In this document: positions 51,087-58,990 of the stretch, piece after piece
How the letters are laid out: every line of letters starts with the position of its first letter
Position numbering within the stretch: position 1 is the first letter of the stretch
Source: an uncultured Acidobacteriota bacterium
Lineage (GTDB): Bacteria; Acidobacteriota; DATKUA01
Assembly (NCBI GenBank): GCA_964408025.1
Contig: CAYOXX010000004.1
Location: 4,148 to 68,147, forward strand
Reading direction: 5' to 3'
DNA length: 64,000 nt
Translations under genes and position numbers: made by a program
Notes under the pieces: model-generated
Database searches by the model: none
What the model was told of the DNA's origin: nothing
The model's input: the letters and a program-made list of their open reading frames with translations, nothing else

Positions 51087-51284
51087 TTACTTTTTGCTTT
51101 TCATTTTCTTGCACTCCTCACACAACGGTAAATTCCCCGTGCCAGTTTTTCTATATTTTCTTTCTATGTTATTTCCTTTTGTGCAGTCACCATAAATATG
51201 ATGCACAGTACCGTGTTTAGAGTAATAAGAATTTACTTTTCTTGGCATTTCACACTCCTTGATATCAATCAACAACAGATTCAA
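51087..51284 (-). CDS. hypothetical small Cys-containing (zinc-ribbon-like) protein
   Basis: It reads MPRKVNSYYSKHGTVHHIYGDCTKGNN...LPLCEECKK, with paired Cys/His. It is AT-rich. Confidence 0.3.
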   Translation of the reverse strand: MNLLLIDIKECEMPRKVNSYYSKHGTVHHIYGDCTKGNNIERKYRKTGTGNLPLCEECKKMKSKK

Positions 51285-51308
51285 CAGTTATACTACCCAC
51301 TATTTAGC

Positions 51309-51572
51309 GGTGCCCGGGGATGAGGTCCCTATTCATAGTAATACCTCATTTTGGCTTGTGCCGCCTATGCGGACGGACTCTCGTACCGTCTTGTCGAGTA
51401 TGACCTCTGACAGGTACTGTCATTGGTCCTCGACGTGGCGGCTTCTCAGAACATCTGTTCTTCGATTTTGCCATAAAATAGCACCTCCTTTCTAGGTGAT
51501 AGCTTCACCGTGCCGTTTCAGTGTTACTATCCCGAGTCAATGGAGGTTCCCCGGGCACCTAAACTCATTCTA
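51309..51572. repeat. element bounded by a perfect 12-bp inverted repeat (GGTGCCCGGGGA ... TCCCCGGGCACC), 240 bp apart
   Basis: The arms lie at 51309-51320 and 51561-51572. No ORF spans the interior, which is mixed-GC. Confidence 0.5.
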
Positions 51573-51657
51573 ATGATTTTTCTTACACTTGTCAAGCCGA
51601 AGTATTCCAAGGTGACTCTTTAATGATAGGATATTGAAAAGTTATTTTAAATCACTA

Positions 51658-51756
51658 CTATGATACGCTCTCCTCGACTATCGCTATTTCTTCATCTGTC
51701 AGACCGTAAAGCTCGTAGACGAGCTGGTCGATCTGGCGGTATCTTGTTTTTCCCAT
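51658..51756 (-). pseudogene. vestigial copy of a Type IIG RM enzyme C-terminal tail (MGKTRYRQIDQLVYELYGLTDEEIAIVEESVS*)
   Basis: It has host-like GC. It shares the 17-nt identical run ctcgtctacgagcttta and the motif LVYELYG(L/M)TDEEI with the 3' end of the RM gene at 52648. Confidence 0.55.
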
Positions 51757-51803
51757 TTAATTATATCATCTTCTTTACAAATTATCTAGCCATATAAGAT
51801 TAT

Positions 51804-52613
51804 TCATATGAGTTTTAATTCATGCAATTTTTCTGTTATTTCATCTCTATAATTTCTCGGAACTATCAAGCCATAACCAACAACCTCTCCATTCTCTCCT
51901 TTTCTAAAATTATCGAAATACTTTCGAAAATACTTATTAACATTTTCATCCCTTTCACCTGTAAAACACCACTTAAAAAACTCTCCCGTTGAGCCTACTA
52001 AACAATCGTTAATCTGAAGTGCAAAAGAAACCCTTGTAGAAGTACAAACCAAACAAGGACATGCACAAAACCTTCTAAGTGGTTTTACAATATTTTGTTC
52101 AAATCTATACCCTTCATAATATGCTTTTTGATATACATTCAAATATTCCATTATTTTAATTTTTGAATCAGGCAACCAATCAAATACAGTGTCCAGATAT
52201 GGATAATCATCTTTTTCTTTCAATAAATTATAATTCTGCTCCAAATCAAATGATAGTCTCTGCAATATATTTGTAAATGACCATTTCCAACTTTCCGCAC
52301 GATATTCTTTAGACCCTTTCCATACAAATGACATTATAAGTGTCATATTTAAATCTTTTGGCAATTTAAAGATGTCAGATCTTAACTCTGGTATTTTTTC
52401 CCTTAAATCTCTAAGTTTTTCACATTCCTTATCCATATAATTATATTTAATAACATCAGATAAGTCAAGCTGATATTTTTTCTTTATTCTTGCTACAGAT
52501 AAATCTAATTTACGTAACATTGACCTTGGTATATAATATCCCCCAACAAGCATTCCATAATCTAAGTCATATTCATCGAGAAAACAAATAATGCTCTCAG
52601 AAAGCGTACTCAT
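51804..52613 (-). CDS. hypothetical protein (269 aa) encoded in AT-rich DNA immediately downstream of the RM gene
   Basis: It has about 30% GC, no recognisable motif, and starts 35 bp after the RM stop on the same strand. Confidence 0.5.
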   Translation of the reverse strand: MSTLSESIICFLDEYDLDYGMLVGGYYIPRSMLRKLDLSVARIKKKYQLDLSDVIKYNYMDKECEKLRDLREKIPELRSDIFKLPKDLNMTLIMSFVWKGSKEYRAESWKWSFTNILQRLSFDLEQNYNLLKEKDDYPYLDTVFDWLPDSKIKIMEYLNVYQKAYYEGYRFEQNIVKPLRRFCACPCLVCTSTRVSFALQINDCLVGSTGEFFKWCFTGERDENVNKYFRKYFDNFRKGENGEVVGYGLIVPRNYRDEITEKLHELKLI

Positions 52614-52647
52614 AAATCACCTATCACATTGAATATAAAAACGTACT

Positions 52648-55638
52648 TTATTCTGTATTATTCTCAACAATTTTAATTTCCTCATCCGTCATACCATAAA
52701 GCTCGTAGACGAGTTTGTCAAGATGGCGATCAGTGGCCTCGATCTGGCGCTGGAGTCGTGTTATTTCGTTTGGATCTTTTGACATCTCAATTCTCATATT
52801 TTTGTCTATAAGAATCTCTACTAATTCAACTATTCTATCATATATTATCTTATTATCTACCTTGTCCACGGTGGGGATAGGCAGCGATTTTAATTGACTT
52901 ATTTTTATTTGTGGAAAGGCATCATGGAACTCATCATAATATGCTCGAATAAAAAAGGAAATAAGACGGCTACCGAGTATCCCAGCAATAAATTGTGCTT
53001 TGAATTTTCCATTTTTAGGAATAGTTATATAGACTTGTTGATCCGCTACTGAATTAGTTTTTTCAATAGTAACAACTAGACGATCACCAAGAATCTTGCG
53101 TGAATAAACCCTTTCCCCTTGGAAAAATTCAGGTTTTCTTGGCTCTGCAAGCCATAGACCATATCTAATATATTCAGTAGGTTTGGGAGGTGTAAATCTG
53201 CGAAGGTCACGGCCGTAAATAAATGCTCTATAACCTTCTCCTCCCAATTTGCTATGATATGGCTTTTCATCTAAGTCTCTTTTGATTTGAGGCCCTTTAC
53301 CAAACGCCGTTTGTCCATATCCTCCTAAGCGGTATGAGTGTACTCCACGAGTAACATAAGCAAATCTCTGTAATTCCGGATAACTATCCTTTAATCTTTC
53401 TACCAAAATAGCGCTAGTACTATCTAAAACTGTTGAAATTGGTCTGGAACCATCAAGATATAGTTTGACCTCATGTGTGGCAATCTCAATAATATTTCCA
53501 TTACACATATTCTTAATTGAAAATATATCCGATGGCTTAGGGCGTTTTTGTAAAGTGTAAATAATTGTATCAACCGTCAGACCTGAAAAAACATTAGCCC
53601 CTGGAGTCGTTATGCACAAATCATTACTATAACTAAGAATGAAAGATCTCGTGCTATATGAATATGTATTAGAGAGCCATACGTTAGGTACTATTAAGCC
53701 TACCCGTCCGAAATTGCGACTAAGCATGTGGGCTTTCTCCATAAATATAGAAAACATGTCAAGTTGATAAGGTGAACTCTTATAAATTCTACCAAGATAA
53801 ATCTTAGACTCTTCGGTGATATTTAGATCCTTCCAATCTCTCCCAAAAACATACGGCGGATTCCCTATAACTACGTCAAACCCTCCCTTCTTCATGATTT
53901 CGGGGAATTCTGTGTCCCAGTCAAATGGGTTGATGCGGCGGAGCTGCTCGTCGTCGAACAGGACTCCCTGGTGGTGGTCGAAGAAGTCGGTGCCGATGAG
54001 CGAGTTTCCGCACTTGATGTTGCCGCCCAGGTCGGGCAGGGCGCGCTCACGGAAGAGTTTTAGCTGCTGCTCGAGCGATTCCTTGCTCTCGCCCTCGAGG
54101 GCCTTGAGCAGCAGGTTGAGCTTGGTGACCTCGACGGCCTGGGGGTCGATGTCGACGCCGTGGATGCAGTCGAGCAGTAGTCGCTTTTTTTCGGCCGTGG
54201 AGAGGAACCACTCGCCTCCCCTGCCGCGGAAAACCTTGTTCTTGTGCTTTTCGGGATTGTTGGCGGCGTACCAGTCGCGGCAGTAGTCGAGCAGGTACTG
54301 GTAGGCGCCGATGAGGAAGGAGCCGGAACCGCATGCGGGGTCGAGTATCTTGAGCTTATGAACATGGCTCGCGGTCAGGGGTTTATTAGATTTCTTACCC
54401 TTGACGGCCGAGGTTGAACCTTCCACAAGCGGGCGGCCCGCCGCGGCGGGCTCGCCCCTACAGCCCTCGCACAGTTTGCCGACGGTGTTTTTGACGATGT
54501 AGTCGACGATGTAGGTGGGGGTGTAGTAGACGCCGCCGGCCTTGCGGACCTCCGGCTTCTCCTCGACCTTGGCGTGGTGTGCGGGCGTGAGGCGGATCAC
54601 CTTGCCGAGGAACTGCTCGTAGACGTGGCCGAGTATGTCGGCGCCGATCATCGAGAACTCGTAGGGCGACTCGGGGTAGTAGAGGCCCTTGAAGACGGTT
54701 TTGAGTGCGGCGTCGTCGATCTCGAGCTCGTGCGTTAGGCGGTCGGGCTCGGTGGCGGCGCCGCGGTCCTTCTCGAAGTGGAAGAGGCCGGAGTTGTAGC
54801 GCTCCTCGGCGCGGTCGAAGAGCTCGAGCAGGCGCCCGTAGGCGTTGGTGCCGCTGCCCAGGGCCTCGAGGCGGCCGTAGCCCTCGATGCCGCGGTCCTC
54901 GCAGATGCGCAGGAAGATGATGCGGTCGATGGTGCGCTGGACTGCGAAGTTTAGCTCGTGGACGGAGAGGCGCGGGTTGCGCAGTGCGATGTTGCGGGCC
55001 AGCAGGTCGCGCCAGCACTCGATCTCCTTGAGGAACTCCTTATCGACCGGCGCGGTGCCGCGAATGCGCTTGGATTCGGCGTAGCGGTCGAAGCTGCCCT
55101 GCAGGACCGCCTCCTTGCCGAAGAGGCCGTGGATGTCGTCGAACTGCTCGGGGTACTGCTCGAAGCCGATGTACTGGACGCGGGCTGTCGAGACCTTGTC
55201 ACTCTCGTGCGGGCGCACGCGGCAGTCGTAGACGGCGAGCTCCTCGAAGTCGGTGAGGATAGAGAGTTTCAAGTTGGCGCTCCAGCCGTAGCGGCGGAGC
55301 TGGTAGGGCAGGTGCGGGTTGTCGCGGATGTTCAGCGCCGGCTTTTTTGCCTCGACGAAGAAGATCTTTTCGGAGCCGATGCGGAAGCAGTAGTCGGGAG
55401 CCTTGGTGCCGCCGGCGACCTTGATCGAGTCCTCGTGAATGACGTCTTTGTACTGCTCCGACGTGTGCGACTTGTTGTAGATGTCCCAGCCGAGGGCCTC
55501 GAAGAAGGGGTCGATGAACTCGACGCGCAGTTGCGCCTCATTGTAGGCCGGGCTCTTAAAACCCTTCAGCCCGCGCCGGAAGGCCTCTATTAATTCCTCG
55601 GTCCGGCGCAGGCCCTCGTCTTTCGGCACTTGGAACAT
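52648..55638 (-). CDS. Type IIG restriction-modification enzyme (fused PD-ExK endonuclease plus gamma-class N6-adenine DNA methyltransferase plus C-terminal TRD)
   Basis: A PD-(D/E)xK-like motif (PDYCFRIG...IFFVEAKKP) lies at aa 81-99. SAM motif I (ILDPACGSGSFL) is at aa 431-442 and catalytic motif IV (GNPPYV) at aa 592-597. A C-terminal region of about 400 aa follows, ending with the tail LVYELYGMTDEEI. The 996-aa size fits the MmeI-like class. Confidence 0.8.
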   Translation of the reverse strand: MFQVPKDEGLRRTEELIEAFRRGLKGFKSPAYNEAQLRVEFIDPFFEALGWDIYNKSHTSEQYKDVIHEDSIKVAGGTKAPDYCFRIGSEKIFFVEAKKPALNIRDNPHLPYQLRRYGWSANLKLSILTDFEELAVYDCRVRPHESDKVSTARVQYIGFEQYPEQFDDIHGLFGKEAVLQGSFDRYAESKRIRGTAPVDKEFLKEIECWRDLLARNIALRNPRLSVHELNFAVQRTIDRIIFLRICEDRGIEGYGRLEALGSGTNAYGRLLELFDRAEERYNSGLFHFEKDRGAATEPDRLTHELEIDDAALKTVFKGLYYPESPYEFSMIGADILGHVYEQFLGKVIRLTPAHHAKVEEKPEVRKAGGVYYTPTYIVDYIVKNTVGKLCEGCRGEPAAAGRPLVEGSTSAVKGKKSNKPLTASHVHKLKILDPACGSGSFLIGAYQYLLDYCRDWYAANNPEKHKNKVFRGRGGEWFLSTAEKKRLLLDCIHGVDIDPQAVEVTKLNLLLKALEGESKESLEQQLKLFRERALPDLGGNIKCGNSLIGTDFFDHHQGVLFDDEQLRRINPFDWDTEFPEIMKKGGFDVVIGNPPYVFGRDWKDLNITEESKIYLGRIYKSSPYQLDMFSIFMEKAHMLSRNFGRVGLIVPNVWLSNTYSYSTRSFILSYSNDLCITTPGANVFSGLTVDTIIYTLQKRPKPSDIFSIKNMCNGNIIEIATHEVKLYLDGSRPISTVLDSTSAILVERLKDSYPELQRFAYVTRGVHSYRLGGYGQTAFGKGPQIKRDLDEKPYHSKLGGEGYRAFIYGRDLRRFTPPKPTEYIRYGLWLAEPRKPEFFQGERVYSRKILGDRLVVTIEKTNSVADQQVYITIPKNGKFKAQFIAGILGSRLISFFIRAYYDEFHDAFPQIKISQLKSLPIPTVDKVDNKIIYDRIVELVEILIDKNMRIEMSKDPNEITRLQRQIEATDRHLDKLVYELYGMTDEEIKIVENNTE

Positions 55639-55744
55639 GCTAACTCGCCGCCCGCGATGCGTTGTCTGACCTAAGAATAGCGTATTAAGTTATTTATGTG
55701 AAGAGAGCGGTTCTACCGTTTATTTCGACAGTGAACTGTTTCTG

Positions 55745-55925
55745 CGGCATGTAGAGGCCGTAGCGGCGGCTGTAGCGGAGATTGTAGCGGCCACCTTTAG
55801 GTGGCCTAGTCGGCCTAAAGGCCGACGCTACCGGCTGCATATTCCCGCCTGCGGCGGTAGCAACTCATCGAGCAGTTGCGCGATTAGTCGAGCTCCGCCT
55901 GAGGCGGATAAATTCAGCTCGACGC
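55745..55925. repeat. composite REP array homologous to 50565-50748
   Basis: It contains gtagcggcggctgtagcgg, cacctttaggtggcctagtcggcctaaaggccgacgctacc and gcgattagtcgagct...agctcgacgctac. Confidence 0.65.
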
Positions 55926-55932
55926 TACATTT

Positions 55933-56640
55933 TTAAATAACGTATCTCATGATCGGGCGTGTTGGGGAGCGGCGTGCGACCTCTTTGAAGCCGGCCTGCC
56001 TGTAGGCCGAGACGTGGCCGTGGAAGACGTAGAGGTCCGGGACCTTCGCCTTCTTCGGCTCGGCGGCGTAGCCCTCGACTATCTTCGCGCCTTTGAGGGC
56101 CGCGTACTCGACCGCCGCTTTCATCAGCTCCACGCTGACGCCGCGCAGCCTGTATTCCTTATCGATGAAGAAGCAGACGATCGACCAGACCGGCTGGTCA
56201 TCGACCGGGCTGAGGACGCGCGATGTCTCCAGCCTCGGGAAGCGCTCGCGCGGCTCCACCGAGCACCAGCCAATAGCCCGGGTCAGGGACCCGAACCGTT
56301 CATCGCGTTCAGGTGCCGTGCCGGCCGAAGAATTGCCGGGACTTATCGCCTCCGGCTCAGCGTCCCGGCCCTCGCGTGCCGATCCCTGAGGGATCCGACC
56401 GGTTTCTTTAATATACGCAAGAATACCCGGGACGCGTCCGGACTCGACGATGGCCTTCATGGCGCGCCTGTTCCCCTCGCCCTTGTTCTTCTCGAACTCG
56501 GAGCGGGTCTGGCGGAACCACATGCACCAGCAGCCGCCGCAGGCGCCATTCTCGCCGAACAGCTCCTCGAAGTCGTCCCAGCGCTCGGTGGTGAGCGGAT
56601 GGAACTCCAATTCCAGCGAGGAATCCGATAAAGGTGTCAT
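55933..56640 (-). CDS. GNAT-family N-acetyltransferase (CWCMW-motif subgroup)
   Basis: It has the GGCWCMWFR motif and a C-terminal acetyl-CoA-binding-like region (KEYRLRGVSVELMKAAVEYAALKGAKIVEGY). Confidence 0.55.
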   Translation of the reverse strand: MTPLSDSSLELEFHPLTTERWDDFEELFGENGACGGCWCMWFRQTRSEFEKNKGEGNRRAMKAIVESGRVPGILAYIKETGRIPQGSAREGRDAEPEAISPGNSSAGTAPERDERFGSLTRAIGWCSVEPRERFPRLETSRVLSPVDDQPVWSIVCFFIDKEYRLRGVSVELMKAAVEYAALKGAKIVEGYAAEPKKAKVPDLYVFHGHVSAYRQAGFKEVARRSPTRPIMRYVI

Positions 56641-56722
56641 CAGTGACCCCCCCGACGGGATTAACAGGATCATACACCACAGTAGAGGTCCGGAGCCTAA
56701 TCCTTCTTAGGCTCGACGGCAA

Positions 56723-57271
56723 CTACGTGCCTAAACGTCGCCTCCAGTTCGCCCGGAAGATGAGCGAGCCGATGATCACCGAGGCGAGGCCTCCCCAGAT
56801 CGCTCCGTTGCCCGAGCCGCCAACCCAGACGAAAGCCAGCATCGGGCCGAATCCCTCGGGAACCCTGTAGGTGTTGCGAATGAACTCGGGGCTGAGCGTC
56901 GCAAGGCCTATGGCGATCAGACCGCCGAGCACCCAAAACGCGATCACTACCAGATAGATCACTAGAATGTGCAGGAAGGCGAAGCCGAACGGACAGGCCG
57001 CCTTTGATACGAAGCCGACAACCGTCGTGAAGATCAGCGAGAAGATAATTCCGAAGATCAATCCGGCGAGGATTCCGGACGCCAGTGCGGAACGCCATAC
57101 TTCCGTGACGTTCTCCCATCCATACACGTTGATAAAGAAGTCCTTGCTTATCAAGCTGTTGACTACGCTGGTGGCACCTCCGAGGACCGCTCCGGCCAGA
57201 ATCCCTACAAGCCCGATCGCCGCCAGGGCCAGTGGCCGGTTCCTGGTCTCTCCTTCCACTCCGATTCCCAT
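56723..57271 (-). CDS. hypothetical integral membrane protein (about 5 TM)
   Basis: It has hydrophobic helices throughout. The start was chosen at MGIGVEG. Confidence 0.4.
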   Translation of the reverse strand: MGIGVEGETRNRPLALAAIGLVGILAGAVLGGATSVVNSLISKDFFINVYGWENVTEVWRSALASGILAGLIFGIIFSLIFTTVVGFVSKAACPFGFAFLHILVIYLVVIAFWVLGGLIAIGLATLSPEFIRNTYRVPEGFGPMLAFVWVGGSGNGAIWGGLASVIIGSLIFRANWRRRLGT

Positions 57272-57565
57272 CGCACACCCCCTATCGATAGAAGTCCTCA
57301 AAAGTATACCGTTAAACCGACAACAAATCTTTGTACCTTGGCATTGTCTGTTCCCCCGAGGGAAAAGGGAAGAGTGAATCCGCGCTTTCCGGCGCGAACG
57401 GAACAAATGCATCGCTTTTGTACCGCAAGGATACGAACCGGCTTGACGGCACCCTTGTTGCTCCGATAATCTCAGTTCACCGATACCGCTCATCGCAGGT
57501 AATGCCGTGGCCGATTATGCGAGACAACGCGTATAAACGTCGTGGCACCAAGATAGGAGGGCGTC

Positions 57566-58624
57566 ATGTATAGACTGAAGATGTTCCGCAGCGCCGTCGT
57601 GGCGGTGACGATCCTGAGTTTCACGGCGGCGCTCGCCTACCCGGCCGGCCTGCCGCAGGAGACGCGGACGGCGACGCCGGGCACCGACATCAAGGTGCGG
57701 CTGACCGAGGAGGTCGGCAGCCACCGCAACCAGGTCGGCGACACGGTCCACGCCCGCCTGGCGGAGCCGATGGTCAGCAACGGCGCGGTGGTCTTCCCGG
57801 CCGGCGTGCAGGTGCTGGGCAGCGTGATCGACGTGACGCCGGTGGGGCGGATGTCGCGCAACGGCGAGATCGAGTTCGTTTTCAACCGCATATTTACCGA
57901 CGACGGGCGCCAGTACTCGATCGTGGCCAACCTGCGGGGCGCCAGCCGCTACACGCGCGACGGCGTGGCCCGGAACCTCTACAGGATCGGCATCGCACTG
58001 GGCGCCGGGGCGCTTATCGGGCTGATCCTGGGCGGCAGGTCGGGGATGCTGCGCGGCATCCTGCTGGGCGGGGCCGCCGGCACCGGCTACATCCTCTACA
58101 AGGAGGGCGAGGACGTGATCCTGCCGGCCGGCACCACAATCGACCTGGTGCTGGAGGAGACGGTGAGCGTCGAATACGGCTTCCCGGGCGAGGTTGAAGA
58201 GGAGGTCGAGGAGGAAGAGGAGCCGTGGCCCGACGAGGTGGTTGAAGCCGAGGGCGAAGGCGAGGAGCCGTCCTTCTACTTCGGCGCCGTCCTGGTGGGG
58301 CCGAACGTTGAGGTTTTCCTGGCGGCCGGCGGGAAGCTGAACGGCGTCTTCAACGGGATCACCGAGGAGCGCGAGATCGTGCTGGGCGTTATCTACGGCA
58401 GCCTCGAGGTGCCGATGGCCGACATCCAGAAGATCGTCTTCGAAGCCGGCCCGAGCAGCGAGCCGCCGGTAGTCGATGAGGACAGCATCTGCATCGGCGG
58501 CGAGCAGTGGCTGTCGGGCGAGTTCCTCGGCATCGACGACGAAGAGTTCGTGCTCGAGACTGACTACGGCACACTGCGAGTGCCGCTTAACGACACGCTC
58601 TGCATCGCTTTCCGCAACCGCTGA
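57566..58624 (+). CDS. hypothetical secreted protein with Glu-rich acidic tract
   Basis: A signal peptide is followed by a Gly-rich TM-like segment and an EEEVEEEEEP acidic run. Confidence 0.45.
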   Translation: MYRLKMFRSAVVAVTILSFTAALAYPAGLPQETRTATPGTDIKVRLTEEVGSHRNQVGDTVHARLAEPMVSNGAVVFPAGVQVLGSVIDVTPVGRMSRNGEIEFVFNRIFTDDGRQYSIVANLRGASRYTRDGVARNLYRIGIALGAGALIGLILGGRSGMLRGILLGGAAGTGYILYKEGEDVILPAGTTIDLVLEETVSVEYGFPGEVEEEVEEEEEPWPDEVVEAEGEGEEPSFYFGAVLVGPNVEVFLAAGGKLNGVFNGITEEREIVLGVIYGSLEVPMADIQKIVFEAGPSSEPPVVDEDSICIGGEQWLSGEFLGIDDEEFVLETDYGTLRVPLNDTLCIAFRNR

Positions 58625-58990
58625 GATGAAATAAGGTTTATACCGAAAGCCTGTCTATAAGCACGGTGCCATACAGGGCTGTCTTTGCGAGGCCGTCAGC
58701 AACGGCGCCGAAGCAATCTTTTAGCTTTTAAGATTGCTTCGGTTGCTACGCTCGCTCGCAATGACAAGCAGGTATACAGAACGCTCGAGAGCAACTCGAG
58801 GCAGACCAGAGGCCCGCAGCGGGGGCAGGGCCAAACGTGGGGCCTGAATGACCCCACCTACGGTGCCAATTCGTTGTAAGCCAAACGTGGGGCCTAAATT
58901 GCCTCACCTACAGTACGAAGCCTTTGTAGGGGAGCGTTTATGCTCCACGTGAGCATCGCGGGCAGCATAATCCGCCGCGGCGGATCGCCC

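Noticed and set aside
51017-51495. Plus-strand small ORFs (67 aa and 78 aa) in the AT-rich segment
   Set aside because: They have low-complexity, stop-prone AT-rich frames, and they overlap better minus-strand candidates and the inverted-repeat element.
51309-51572. Retron msr/msd ncRNA (flanked by a1/a2 inverted repeats)
   Set aside because: No reverse transcriptase (YxDD) ORF lies adjacent, and the neighbouring 269-aa protein lacks RT motifs.
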